64,000 nt of DNA. Source: Octopus vulgaris. Its lineage: Eukaryota. Positions 12,410 through 26,508 of this stretch are shown here, piece by piece. The position numbers and the translations under genes are program-made. Every line of letters starts with the position of its first letter. Position 1 is the first letter of the stretch. The DNA lies in NCBI GenBank assembly GCA_951406725.2, contig OX597836.1, positions 16,616,001-16,680,000 of the forward strand, read 5' to 3'. Under the pieces are notes generated by a model, which saw only the letters and a list, made by a program, of their open reading frames with translations, was not told the DNA's origin and ran no database searches.

Positions 12410-13295
12410 TAAACCTACATTGTAGTATGGGTAGCAGTGATAGAGGTACTCCTATCTACATTGTAGTGTGGTGACAGTGATGGAAGTACACCTGTCTACA
12501 TTATAGTGTGGTGACAGAGGTACACCTGTCTACATTGTAGTGTGGTGACAGTGACGGAGGTACACCTGTCTACATTGTAGTGTGGTGACAGTGACGGAGG
12601 TACACCTGTCTACATTGTAGTGTGGTGACAGTGACGGAGGTACACCTGTCTACATTGTAGCGTGGTGACAGTGACGGAGGTACACCTGTCTACATTGTAG
12701 TGTGGTGACAGTGACGGAGGTACACCTGTCTACATTGTAGTGTGGTGACAGTGACGGAGGTACACCTGTCTACATTGTAGTGTGGTGACAGTGACGGAGG
12801 TACACCTGTCTACATTGTAGCGTGGTGACAGTGACGGATGTACGCCTGTCTGTAGTGTAGTGACAATGACAGAGGTACACCTGTCTACATTGTAGTGACA
12901 GTGACAGATGTACACCTGTCTACATTGTAGTGTGGTGACAGTGACAGAGGTACACCTGTTTATATTGTAGTGTGGTTGACAGTGGTACAAGTACACTTGT
13001 TTATACTGTAGTGTAGTGACAGTGACAGAGGTACACCTGTCTACATTGTAGTGTAGTGACAGTGACAGAGGTACGCCTGTCTGTAGTGTAGTGACAGTGA
13101 CAGAGGTACGCCTGTCTGTAGTGTAGTGACAGTGACAGAGGTACACCTGTCTGTAGTGTAGTGACAGTGACAGAGGTACGCCTGTCTGTAGTGTAGTGAC
13201 AGTGACAGAGGTACACCTGTCTGTAGTGACAGTGACAGAGGTACACCTGTCTACATTGTACTGTGGTTGACAGCAACAAAGGTACACCTGTCCAC
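12410..13295. repeat. 40/35-bp minisatellite (unit TACACCTGTCTACATTGTAGTGTGGTGACAGTGACGGAGG), roughly 22 units
   Basis: Head-to-tail repeats with no spacers. The 35-bp variant lacks ACATT. Confidence 0.95.
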
Positions 13296-13504
13296 TGTAT
13301 AAGCTGTTTAGTTCCATGTCAATTGTCCACTGTGCAGCCTTTTCTGTTTATTTTTATTTTGTCTCACAGCACTGTAGATCAACAATAAGTACCATTTGGG
13401 AAAACATGGCAAACCTCTAGAACAGTGGTTTCCAATAAGAGTCTCACACTATCCTAGTTTATTCAAAACAGTTGTTAGAGGTATCGCAAGGTTTTAAATT
13501 TTAA

Positions 13505-13860
13505 GTATCACAATTGGTTAAAATTAGATGGCCCGAACACATAAGCAATATGGGGCTATGGCAAAGAACAAATCAAGTTTCGATTAGGGAGCAAATATTT
13601 AAGAAAAAATGGAAGTGGATTGGTAGCACAATTAGAAAGGACACACCAAGTGTAGCGAAATATGCTTTACAGTGGAATCTGGATGGATATAAGAAAGAAA
13701 GGTAGGCCTAAGAACTCGTGGCGTAGATCAACACAAAAGGAACTAGAGAAAGGGGACATTCATGGCAGAGTATAAGTACAGAAACGGAGAATTATGCGAC
13801 ATGGAATTCAACTATAAGTGGCCTAAACTCCATGTTGGAGGGTTAAAGGCAGGAAAAAAA
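13505..13860 (+). mobile_element. RTE-clade LINE ORF C-terminal fragment (pseudogenised)
   Basis: KIRWPEHISNMGLWQRTNQ...KKKWKWIGSTIRK...ALQWNLDG, then after a frameshift GRPKNSWRRS. These are typical RTE C-terminal motifs. Confidence 0.85.
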
Positions 13861-14202
13861 AATTGGTAAAAACTGTCCAAATCCATGTTTTCCATCATAC
13901 AAGTCTAAGTAGTATATAATAGACATGTAATGTAAACATTCAATTTTGTTGTGCCTGGGGAATATCATAATGCCAATATCGGTTAAACAAATGATGGATT
14001 AACTAGTTGGATAGCTATTTAACCCTGGGTTTGAATTAATCATTCATTATCTCGTTGCTTCTGGATTTCATTGATGTGATAGTATATTTTTACAATGACA
14101 TTGTAAAGTAGGTGTGAGAGGTCAAATTCGATCAGTTTGAAACATAAAACATGGAATTTTTATCTAAATTTTAAACCAATTCTCTTATTGTTTCATCATA
14201 AA

Positions 14203-14425
14203 CCCTTTAGCATTCAGATTATTCTGTCAATCAGAATGTTTGTTTATTCAAATTGGTTTGAATTAATCATACATTAATCATATAGCTTTGAGATTTCAAT
14301 CATGTGATTGTTTGTTTTTAGAATGACATTGTATGGTAGGTGTGAGAGGCCGAATTTAGTCAGTTTCTACATTAAACATGTAGAATATTTGGGCCCCCAA
14401 TATGGTCGGTTTAAATGCTAAAGGG
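14203..14425. mobile_element. Approx. 220-bp MITE with CCCTTTAGCATT...AATGCTAAAGGG TIRs (piggyBac-like, TTAA context)
   Basis: TIRs are visible. Related copies lie at about 21560-21790, 52655-53295, 53295-53505, 56375-56610, 59015-59230 and 62926-63778. Confidence 0.75.
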
Positions 14426-16835
14426 TTAGCCAATTGACTAATAATAAAGGAGTGGAATTGAAAGAAAAAATGAAATGCTAGGGCTTAAAGGTATTTGAGT
14501 ACATGTCAGCTGCATTAGGGATTAGGGCCCCAACTGAAGACACTTACCTAAGGTGCCACACAGTGGGGCTGAACCCAGGTCTTGAAACCAATCTAACCAC
14601 ACTTCAGTTAGCCATGCTTGTGTGCAATCACCCATGCATGTGTGCACTCACTCATTCATGTACGCACTTATTCACTCTCTTCTTCGCACTCACTCACACT
14701 CACGCACATACACTCTCTCACTAACACCCTCACTCATCCGCCCAATCACTCCAGTACTACTCATTCCATTACCTCCCCACTGCCACAGAGCTTATGAAAG
14801 GCAGTATTGACATTGGTTGCATTTTTCCCCCAAAGCTGCCTGGCCTTGACTTCAAACAACTCTTTTCATTTCCTCTATCCTAATGCCTGTGCAAATGTGC
14901 ATATGTATGCATGTATATATATATTTGTGTGTGTGTGCATACATGTATACAATAATGAGTATGTATATATACTGTATATATTTATGCATAAAAAATTATG
15001 CATGCATATATAAATATGTATGCATTAGATATATATGCATATCTAATGTGCATGTATACATGTGTGCATACTTATATATAATAATGTGTATATGTGCATA
15101 TAAATATATAAATATGCATATCTATGTATGATAATGTGAATGTATGTGTGCATACTTATATATATTATATGTAAAGAATAATATGCCATATGTATGTATG
15201 TTATTATAATTATCAATTTAATAAGTAAATAAGTTGACATTTTTAATGTTCGAAAGTTGATGAACCACCTATTGTTCTCCTCCATTTTCTTATTTACGAG
15301 ATATATATATATATATATATAATGCGTGTGTTTGTGTGTGTGCATATATACATATGTATGCTTATATATGTGTGCATATAGGCGTGTGCATATGTGTGCA
15401 TATAGGCGGCGAGCTGGCAGAAACGTTAGCGCGCCGGGCGAAATGCTTAGCGGTATTTCGTCTGCCGTTACGTTGTGAGTTCAAATTCCGCCGAGGTCGA
15501 CTTTGCCTTTCTTCCTTTCGGGGTCGATAAATTAAGTACCAGGGATCGATGTAATCGACTTGATCCGTTTGTCTGTCCTTGTTTGTCCCCTCTATGTTTA
15601 GCCCCTTGTGGGTAGTAAAGAAATATATATATGTGTGCATATATACATATGTATGATTATGTACATGTGTACAGAAGTGTGCATATCTATGTATAATAAT
15701 GTCCATGTGTATGTGTGCATATATATGTATGCATATGTGTGTGTATGTGCATATCTATGTATGATTATGTGCATCTGTATGTATATGTGCATAGATATAT
15801 ATATATATGTATGCATATCTATGTATAATGTCCATGTGTATGTATGTATGCATATGTATGCATGCATTTCTATATATGTGCATGCATATTTATATATAAT
15901 AATGTACGTGTATACATACATGTGCATATATATGTATGTGTGGTGCATATATATATATATGTGTGTGTGTGTGTGCTTATCTATATATACTAATGAGTGC
16001 ATATGTAAATATGTGTACATATCTTTGTATGATAATGTATGCATGTATGGAGATATGCATATGTAATTTGTGCATAAGTATTAAGTGTGTGTGTACCCTT
16101 TCTTCTCGCTTGCATAAGTTTATTGTAAAATAGTTGGCACACGGTGTTTGACAACAGTCACTGAGACACAGATACATCCTTCCCCCACCCCTCAATACAT
16201 GCAGTAACACTCAAGCACACATCTCCAAAATATAGGCCAGATTCCTCTCTCGAAAGAGTGTATATAGGTATGTGTGTGTTTATATGTATGTATGTATGTA
16301 TATGTATATATAGATATATATATATATATATATACACACATACACACACACACAAGCATAAATGCATTATTTGTGTATGTGCTCTTATATGTTGTTGTTC
16401 TCAAGCCATGCTTGGCTCATAAGGGCCAGTTTTCCGGTTTCGTTGGCATATAGGTTCCCCACCTGGACAGGACACCAGTCCATCGCAGGTGAGTTGCTAG
16501 ATGCAGGCAGAGAGAGTGAGAGAAAGTTGTGGCGAAAGAGTCAGAAGTTCGCCATCACCTTCTGCCGGAACCATGTGGGGCTTAGGTGTTTCGCTCATAA
16601 GTTCGTAAACACACACATCGCCCGGCCTGAGATTTGAACCCGCGATCCCTTGACTGCGAGTCCGCTGCTCTAGCCACTAGGCCATGTGCCTCCACTCTGT
16701 TTCATATATACATTCTTTTATTCGTTTTCAGTCATTCGACTGAAGCCATGCTGGACCCCAGGACTTTTCTTTTTTAAAGCCTAGCACTTCTGTTGGTCTC
16801 TCTTTGCCAAACCGCTATAATATCTTGGACCAGAA

Positions 16836-16997
<162 letters not shown>

Positions 16998-18169
16998 AAC
17001 CCCCACATGCACATCTCCAAAATGAAAACCAGATTCATCTCTCAATAGAATGTATGTATGTGTGTGTGTTTGTGATGTATCTATGTATTTACAAAAGTAT
17101 GTATGCAACATCATATCTATATGACAGCTGTTATTAACATTAGCATCCCATTGCCACTCAATATTTGTCACTTACATAACACTGTTCTCACCCTCACTCT
17201 GCTACTGCTTATCCCTCAACTAATACTTTTTGCACCCTCCTCATTTTATCATATAATTCGCCCTACCTCACTGGGTGGGTGGGGGCACATAGATTTTCAT
17301 TGAAATCCAATTAGCCTGTTATTGAGCTAGATGTGAGTGTAATATGTATGCTAAGTTTCGTGAATATTGGTCCGCTGGTTTAGGCACTTTGGTAACAGAG
17401 AGACAAAAATTGCTATTTATATATGAGATAATATAATATGATATATCCCGGACCAGTGCAATGGTTCTGGTTTCTTCATAATTGAGGCAAGAGAGTTGGT
17501 GGGGATGTGACTGTTTTCTGTGAGTTAATTTTTATTTCAGCTGCACCAAAATACATCCCCCTTTACCACACACGTTGTGTCATGCAGATCTACGACATCA
17601 CTTGCTGTTGTACTAATTACCAATACTAAACTACTACACCCCAACTATAGCCATAATCACACCATCTCAGCTAATATAACACCAATACACAACTACAGTC
17701 TGTGCTATTCTCATATATTAATATTCACCATACCAAGGAGGTCACAGGGAAGGAATCACGAGACAGATTCTTCAAGCTGAGTTAAGAGGCAGGAGGCCTG
17801 GAGGTAGACCAAGAAAAAGATAGTTGGATAAAATCCACCGTTTCGTTTGGTCATGCTTGGGAATCCAGTTGGAAAGTGTGATTATGGCTGCTTCTGATAG
17901 GACCCTTTGGAGGAGGTGCCTGAAGACTTTGGCCACAACTGGAAGAATATCCAGGGGTAGACCAAGAATGTGATGGTTGGATACTATCCATAGTCTCAGT
18001 TGGTTGCACTTGGAAATCTAACTTATGAAAGAGGGGCAGCCTGAGGCCCCTAACCCTATGATCCTTCATGGAATAGTGTGCAGGGAAGATGGATGGATAA
18101 TCAAGAAAACAGACATTTATCTTTTTGTGTAAGGTTTTTTTTTAAATTTCTTTTTTATGTTTTTTTCAG

Positions 18170-18323
18170 TTGGTGTACTCTATGGCTTGACCAGCATTTC
18201 GGTGGGGCATCCCATTGACACAATCAAAACAAAAATGCAGGGTCAACATGGTTTTGAAAAGACCAACATGTTTCAGACTTTTGTGAAGACTTTTCAAACT
18301 CAGGGAATTCGAGGCTTCTACAG
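18170..18323 (+). CDS. SLC25 carrier exon 2 (VGVLYGLTSISVGHPIDTIKTKMQGQHGFEKTNMFQTFVKTFQTQGIRGFYR)
   Basis: Poly-T tract plus CAG acceptor; AG|GTAAGC donor. Contains the first carrier signature Px[DE]xx[KR] (PIDTIK) and QGIRGFYRG. Confidence 0.95.
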
Positions 18324-19606
18324 GTAAGCAATCCTTTATTACTAAAAAAGAAAAATAAATAAACCCAAGAAAACTAAGGCAAAAGTCTTTAAGAACCCAA
18401 CACTGCTTTTCCATTATAGTCCCTAGATTATCATCGCCATCGTCACCACCCCTGCCCTTGCCATCACCTTCACCATCACATTGTATCTAGGACTACATTA
18501 TCCATCCTACATGTCTTCTTATATGCTGTTATTTCTTGCTGATTAATAAACCAGATAGAAGCTCCTACATTGACTTTAACCCTTTAGCACTTGAACCAGC
18601 CGTATCCAGCCAAAATAGTTCAAGCTGGCCAGATCCAGCCCTCTCATATTCCCAGGGGCTGTTCAGTTGTGCAACTCACAAGACTGAACCCTCAGGAAAT
18701 CTTTTATTTTTTACTTGTTTTAGTCGCTAGACTGTGCCCATGCTGGAGCACCGAGTTGAATAATTTCTAAGTCAAATTTTAAGCCTGGTACTTATGCTAT
18801 TGGTCAGTTTTGCCGAACCACTAAGTTATAGGGACATAAACACACCAATACCAGTTGTCAGGCAGTGGAGGAGGGCTACAAATACAGACACAGAAACACA
18901 AACATATATATATATATAGGGGGTGCTGAAAAGTTCCTGGCTTTAAGGGTATCATGAAAGGCCTGGTTGGAGGCCTGACCTTCCAAGTTCTTTTACAGGG
19001 CTTAGACAAACTGAAGGACTGCTGCAATAAGTCTTGCATGACAAGACCCCCTTCTGCGCCTCAACTCAGTAGTGGTAGTAGTATTGAGGAGTTTAAGTAT
19101 TATAGAGGGACTGAAACAATTGTATTTCTGTAAAGGAGATACAAGGGGTTACTGAAAAGTTCCTGACTTTGAGGGGTTTGCAAAAGGCCTGATTGGAGGC
19201 CCAATGTTCTGAGTTCTTTTATAGGGCTTAGAAAAACTGAAGGACCACTGCAATAAGTGTGTGAATCTGAGAGGTGGGTATGTTGAATAAAATCATAATT
19301 AACTGATCCCCTTGTATTTTCTTTTACCCAAAGGCAGGGACTTTGCAGCACCCCCGCATACAGGGCTGCCCCAGTTGGAAATGAGTGAAGACAGAGTCTG
19401 TAGTAGTGGAGATGTGTCAGGACAATCTCTCGAGGTACAAGGAATTTAAGTGAAGAGGGTCAGTGGACAGGACAGAAGTGAAGTGCTACAGATCTCTATT
19501 ATCATTTGCAAACAACCTAACACCACTTCCTTAATTACTCATTAAGTTTCCCTTGATAATACTGTAATACCATTTACCACTCTGTTTCAATCTCTTATAT
19601 TTACAG

Positions 19607-19675
19607 GGGTTGTATTCCACCATTATGGGGCTCAGGAATATTTCGCTCTACGCAGTTTGCAGTTTTTGAAGGGGC
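19607..19675 (+). CDS. SLC25 carrier exon 3 (GCIPPLWGSGIFRSTQFAVFEGA)
   Basis: TTACAG acceptor, GC|GTAAGT donor, phase 2 in and out. Encodes transmembrane helix 2. Confidence 0.92.
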
Positions 19676-20864
19676 GTAAGTATTTGGTTTTTGTTTGATG
19701 TATTTTTAGATATGTTGTTCACTAGCATAGCTAGAGTATGTGCCATTTGAGGCAGCCCTTCCATTTGCAGCCCCTGGACCCCCCCCCCCAAAAATCACAT
19801 ATTGCCTACAGCAACAGCCTACAACAGGATGAAAAGTGCCGCTCCTGCCACTACCCCCAGCTACGCTAGTTATTTTGTTGTTGTTTTCCCAGGTCATCTC
19901 TAATTCAACAGACCCAGGATCAAATCTGTGTTGCTGTAGCTGTGTGGTTAAGAAGTTTGCTTTACTACCATCATGTTCAACCATCTGAACAATAAGGGCC
20001 ATCTAATCATCAATCAAGTCATCACTCAAGTCATCAATCAAGAATGATCGATGACTTGAGTGGTAACTTTGCATTTAAGCCAACCATATCCAGCCAGAAT
20101 ATTCTCCTTGTTTTTTCTTCAAACTGACCAGATCTGGTCTCTCGCACCTATCTTACAATGTCATTCTAAATAGAAACAATAACGTCGTCAAAATCTCAAA
20201 GCTACGAGGCAATACATGTTTAATTCAAAAGAATATGAATGTAATCTGACTGCAAAAAGAGCTAAAGTGAAGAAGGGCTGTGCACTGTCAACCTCACTCT
20301 TTCTCTCATCTGTGACCATCTGAAATCCAGTGGCAAGACCAGGTCAGCACAACAGGGGACAGAGACAGTTGCAGTAGATGAACAAAACATCTTATTTGCA
20401 TCATCTTGCCCTCTGCACTCTATATTGTGTTACTGCAGTTGCTATTGAGAAGTCGGGTGACAAGGCTGTTTGAAAACCTGATCACCAACATTAGCAACAG
20501 AATATCTAACGTCTCTTCCGCTTTGGGCCATGTGAAGACAAATTCAAAAATCACTATGCTAACCACATATCCTCATTCTGGCACATGGACAAAAGTAAAG
20601 CCACTAAGTTGGCTAGCCATATATGTGGCATTAAACTACAAACCCCATATATGCTTCTTTCAGTTTCTGTCTACCACATTCATTCACAAAGCTTTGGTCA
20701 GCTTCGGGCTATAGAAAATCACTAGCCCAAGGTGCTACACAGTGGGACTGAACCCAGAAGCACGTGATTGAGAAGCGAAGCTTCTTACCACACAGCCATA
20801 CCTGCACCTCTGTATCATATCCAAATACTTTCTACAACCATGTATCATATCTAAATACTTTCAG

Positions 20865-20927
20865 ATATACCTTTTTAGACACACCATTTGGAAAATCCAC
20901 AATTCCATTATCAGGAGGAATTCAAAT
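20865..20927 (+). CDS. SLC25 carrier exon 4 (YTFLDTPFGKSTIPLSGGIQI)
   Basis: TTTCAG acceptor, AT|GTAAGT donor, phase 2 in and out, open frame. Confidence 0.88.
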
Positions 20928-23463
20928 GTAAGTATATTTTCTCTTCTCAACTTTTTTTTTATTTGCTATTTTTGCAGATTTCTAGGATTCTCTGTTGCTA
21001 TCCAATTCCTTATAATTAATTCCATTATTATGAATTTGAATTGGGAGCTTGAGTTATAATGAATCTCTCATTAGCTAATTACACAACCATGGCTACATTA
21101 CGGTTACTCTCTTAGTGGAGCTTGGTGATCCTAACTTTTAGGGTTCCTCCACTCAGTATCAATCTAAGAAGCACCATTGGCTCAGTTGAGCTCTTCTATT
21201 ACCTCTTCACAATCTGCCATGCTGCAGTCCCATTACTTTGCTGTATCCCTGACGGGGTGGCTGGGTGTTGTGTCTTGCCAAAGGCTACCCCGTAATTATG
21301 CAGGACACGACCATCACTCCATGAGATATTTTCAAAATACATGCATACCCTAACTCATCCGCTACCCCTTCACATGTTCTTATTTATCCTATTATAAACA
21401 TCTGGATTTAGTTTCTTTTATCCTAAGCTTGGTCCCTAATTTGCAAAATCTTGTCACCCGATGACAAAATTTTATAACAAGCCAATAAAAGACTCTGTGA
21501 TTACTTAACCTGCTAAAAATAGCAACCAGATAGCCCTTATATATTATACCCTACCATCTTAACCTTTTAGCATTCAGATTACTCTGTCGAATGTAATGTT
21601 TATTTATTCACATTCCTTTGAATTAATCATGCATTATCATCTCATAGCTTTGAGGTTTCAATGAGGTGATTGTTTAGGTTTAGAATCACATTGTAGGGTA
21701 GATGTGAGAGGCTGGATCTGCCCAGTATGGACTTGAAATGGGTAGAATACTTGGGTTGGATAGGACCAGTTTAAAGGCAAAAGAGTTTTTTAAAATGGGA
21801 GACGCACACACAGCATTCATACATATATACTATTCTTGAAGAGAGAACACCTTTGATCAGTCATATACATGCTCAATCAGCCAAATAATTAAAGAATATT
21901 GAGGTCAGGTATCTGCTCTAGATATGACTCATGTATCATAGCGTCTTTCTATCTTTTCAGGTAGCTACTTACAAATAATAATAATAATGAAATTATTGTA
22001 TACAGTGCTCAGGTGCACCACAACTTGTCAGAAAGTGCGTATAAAGTATGTGCAGTAATGTACAAATGTCTGGAAAGCGAATAATGTATGAGTCAGATAC
22101 ATGCTTGTGTGTGTATGGAGGGGAGAAAATCAGATGTAGTGTTGGCGAATCTCAGGAAGCATGGAAGTTTTGAAGGATGCAGTGCTCCGACAACTAACAA
22201 CTGATGCCAGCAGTTTGTTCCATGCTTCAGCAACTCTCAGCGTGAAAAAAATGTTTCCTGAAGTCATGGGAGCTGTGCTGTGCTGTTCTGTTTTCTGACT
22301 TTGTAAATATGTCCATGACCTGCTAGAAACAGGAGCCAAATCTATATTGAGTCACATTCTACCATCTTAGAGCTAGACACATAAAAACACGTAGAGATAA
22401 TGTATTTCTGGATGCACTATGCTAGGGGAAAAAGACAAGAGAGTCATGGCTGGAAGATCTTGCGATAATAGATATGAATGACCATGAGATTACACCTAGA
22501 AAGTTCCCCTTCGAGGCACAAGTTTGGGCAAGGTTGTTTTATGGAAGGCCAGAAGTCGCCCATGCATACCAGCCTCCCCACTCCATGTCACTGATGTTAT
22601 CCAATGGAAAGGCAAAGGCTGATACAGCTTGGCACCAGTGACATTGCGACTCATTTATACAGATGTGTGAACTGGAGCAATGTGAAATAAAGTGTCTTGC
22701 TCAAGAACACAACACACAGCCCAATCCAGGAATCAAACTCACCTACCTCATGATTGTGAGTCCAACGCCCTAACCACTGAAGAACAATGTGAATAGATAA
22801 GCATAATATTTGATAGAGTAATCTTAATGTTATAGGGTTAAAAGCTTAAAGATTTTAATAATAAAAAAAACACATAAAAAAAATCAACACTGAAGTGGGA
22901 AAATCAAATAAAATACACGGGGAAATATGTACAGACCATTTATTAAAACAGATATGGGTCGGTAAATTTTTTTTAATGTTTTATTGGCGTTGGGAAGGGC
23001 ATCCAGCTGTAGAAACACTGCCAGATCATACTGGAGCCTGGTGCAGCCTTCTGGCTTCCCAGACCCCGGTCGAACCGTCCAACCCATGCTAGCATGGAGA
23101 ACGGACGTTAAACGATGATGGTGATGATGTTTTTAATGTGACATCATTTTTCAAGTGAAATCACACATCTTGGAACCAGTTAAGGACATAACTTGACATA
23201 TGCTTGTATTAAATACAAATTTCAGCAGAATTCCGGTGTAAGCACCCCATATAACCCCACATAACTTTTCTATTTTTTGGAATTTTCAGAAAACTTTTGC
23301 AAATTTGTGTTCTACACACAGGAATTCATATGGTGGTCAGAAAAAAGAAAAAAAAAAACGTTTCTTGAGCCCACTTTACTAGATCCCCTCCAAACCACGC
23401 CCACCCATTAAAATTAACACAGTTTCTATTGTTAACCATTGTTTCCTAATTTCCATTCCTCAG

Positions 23464-23536
23464 CCGAGTGCTACTGGCCGGCGCTTGTGCAGCTACTGCT
23501 CGTGCAGTTATTGAAACACCGTTAGAATATGCCAAG
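23464..23536 (+). CDS. SLC25 carrier exon 5 (RVLLAGACAATARAVIETPLEYAK)
   Basis: CCTCAG acceptor, AAG|GTGAGA donor. Contains the second signature PLEYAK. Confidence 0.93.
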
Positions 23537-23556
23537 GTGAGATAACTTTTACTTCC

Positions 23557-23975
23557 GGATCTTTTCGGTTTGAACGGCAGTTTTTTTTAAATAATTTCCA
23601 CGTAACTAAACTCTTTTAAACTTCGTATACTGGTAGAATGTGTTTATAAAACATCTTTTTCTCTTGGCTTTATCGAGAAAATTCTATAGTTTGTAAGATG
23701 TTTGTTGGTTTTTTTTTTCTTCAATTTCTGCAATTTCAACCAATCAATGACATCTATTGAAGTAAAAAAAAACATTGTGCCGTATGAATATGTCCCTCGT
23801 TTAAGAAACAGATTGAGTTTATTTACATTTGTGAAGAAAAAAAGATACCCTCCCCCCCAACCCTAACCCTAAAAAACAGATTGAAATGCAATAGATCGAT
23901 ACTAGGGTCATAATTATGGATGACAATTTCATATGACACCGCTAGAAAAAACTGCCGTTCAAACCGAAAAGATCC
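23557..23975. mobile_element. 419-bp MITE with perfect 29-bp TIRs GGATCTTTTCGGTTTGAACGGCAGTTTTT
   Basis: The reverse complement is at 23947-23975. Contains an internal CCCTAACCCTAA. Flanks are cttcc/tttcc. Confidence 0.9.
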
Positions 23976-25844
23976 TTTCCATTCTCCATTCTCTTCCTTT
24001 CTCTCTTGTTTGTAAGCCTAATGCTGCAAAACTCATCCAGGTGTATTTACACCATTCATCTACATCAAGGTATTTTCTCCATGACAAAATACAGTGAATG
24101 GCTTATCTATGAGTTTGAACATGCCACTGGCATATTCAAACTGCACATCACTGATTAGTGCTCCCACCTCTGTAATTTGCTTATGGTGAGCCACTACATA
24201 GCACTAATCAGCCACTGCATAGCACTAATCAACCACTGTATGGTGACTAAAATAGCATAAGAGAAGCAATTTCTTTTATCAGTTTGCAGCATCCCCTGTC
24301 TAGTGCCTGACAGAAGAGGAGATAACCACTCCAAAATGCTTGCATTTCACAGTCTAGATAGGTGGTACTATATACTTATCTAGGTGGATTTACACCATTT
24401 GTCTATAGCGAAAAATTTTCTCTATGACAAAACACAGTGAGTGGCCTATTTACGAGTCCAGACATTCTACAAGCATATTTGAACAGGTAATAACATTGCA
24501 GTAACATAGTCTTGTACTCTCTTACAACTGTGCAGCAACTCTCTCTTTTTATTTATACTCCTCTCTCTTTCTTTCTCCCTATCTCTCTCTCCCTATCTCT
24601 CTCTCCCTTTCTCCCTCTCTCTCTTCTCCCTCTCTCTCTTTCTCTCTCTCAATCTCTCCCCCCTCTCTCTCTCCCCCAGCTTACCCTTTGTTGAGATTTG
24701 TCAAGTTCACTGAGGCAATGTGACTTGCGGAAAATGCCAATTCTATTTATTGGTAGATATTTAACATCATTACCGGAATAATGATGAAATTTAATTTTGA
24801 AGTGAAAGGGTTAACAATTACACTGTGTAACAAAATTAAAAATTTTTATTTTTTGTCTTTGGTCAGTAAGTGTTATATCTTATTTACTTCTATGTAGAAA
24901 TCAAAGGAAATCACTTCTATTTCCTTCAAACTTTGCTTTTGTGGCCTGGACATCAATGTTTTTAAACTAATAGACATAGGAGTGGATGTGTGGTAAGTAG
25001 CTTGCTCACCAACCACATGGTTGCGGGTTCAGTCCCACTGTGTGACACTTTGGGTAAGTGTCTTCTACTATATATTTCTTTACTACCCACAAGGGGCTAC
25101 ACACAGAGGGGACAAATAAGGACAGACAAACGGATTACGTCGACCCCAGTGCGTAACTGGTACTTAATTTATCGACCCCGAAAGAGTGAAAGGCAAAGTC
25201 GACCTCGGCGGAATTTGAACTCAGAAAGTAATGGCAGACGAAATACAGCTACACATTTCGCCCAGTGTGCTAACGTTTCTGCCAGCTCGCCGCTGTCTTC
25301 TACTATAGCCTTGGGCCAACCAAAGCCTTGTGAGTGGATTTGGTAGACGGAAACTAAAAGAAGCCAGTCATATGTGTGTGTGTGTGTGTCTGTGTTTGTG
25401 CCCCCAACATTGCTTGACAACCAATGGTGGTGTGTTTACATCCCTGTAACTTAGCAGTTTGGCAAAAGAGACCGATAGAATAAGTACTAGGCTTACAAAG
25501 AATAAGTCCTGGGGTCAATTTGCTCAACTAAAGGTGGTGCTCCAGCATGGCCGCAGTCAAATGACTGAAGCATGTAAAAGAGTAAAGAGTAATCTATTTT
25601 CCATAACATTTCAGACAGATTCAGCACTGAGCTGCTGAAGCAGAAATATTGTTATAGCAAATATTCTGCTCAATACCAGAGATTTGCTTGTCAGTTGCTT
25701 GACTTTAATCACTTGAGCATGTCCCTTAGTGGCTGACAATCTGTGCATCTCTGATCATAAGCAAGATTAGTGGGGGGAGCATCATAGCCACGTGTTGAGG
25801 GATTGAATAAATGTAACAAAAGCAAACTTTGGAAGAGATAGTTA

Positions 25845-26095
25845 AGTGAAGTTAATTTTTTGGCTCAAAAAAAAAGCAAGGCCATGTAGGGGGACGTGGA
25901 GTTATGTACAGGGTGGTGTTCATGCAAAAGGTTCAGGCCATTTCTGGTCAAGGGAGACTTTGAACCGAACGGTCGTCGGCATCTTCACTATCTCGTCCGG
26001 CAGCTTATTCCACGGATCTGCAACCCGGACGGAGAAAGCCCCTCTCCTTCGATTGAGATGAAATATTCACTATTTTTCATTCTCTGTAGGGATAA
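25845..26095 (-). mobile_element. Second CR1-type LINE 3' fragment
   Basis: The minus strand encodes AFSVRVADPWNKLPDEIVKMPTTVRFKVSLDQKWPEPFA*. Confidence 0.75.
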
Positions 26096-26508
26096 ATAAA
26101 TAGGGAATAACAATTGCCACCCAAGGACGAAAATCGTGTTACACAGTGTTATATTTGTTTCTTGTTTTTATTTTTATTTTTTGTTTTTTTTTTGTTTTTT
26201 TTTTCTTCCTTATATTTAATGGCAAAATTTCTTTCTCTTCTCCATCTCTGCTGCTGATGTTGATGATTCTATTACAACCAATCGTTGCATTTTAACCTAA
26301 AAACACTCTTCTTACTGTGCTGTTTCACTGGACTTAGCAGCAACATTCTTCAGCACCTTGAGTCTCAGATTTTCGGTATATTCTATAAATATCTCCCTTC
26401 TTTAAATCCTTGCCTTTTAAATATTCTCCATGTCAGCCAAAAGTTACTATCAGTGAAAAAGTAAGGGAAGAGGGTAACACCAACTAACTATTAGGAGCCA
26501 TTGTGATC

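Noticed and set aside
12410-13295. CRISPR-like array
   Set aside because: Units are head-to-tail with no unique spacers, there are no cas genes, and the context is a eukaryotic intron. It is a minisatellite.
23858-23872. Interstitial telomere
   Set aside because: Only about two CCCTAA units, inside a MITE.
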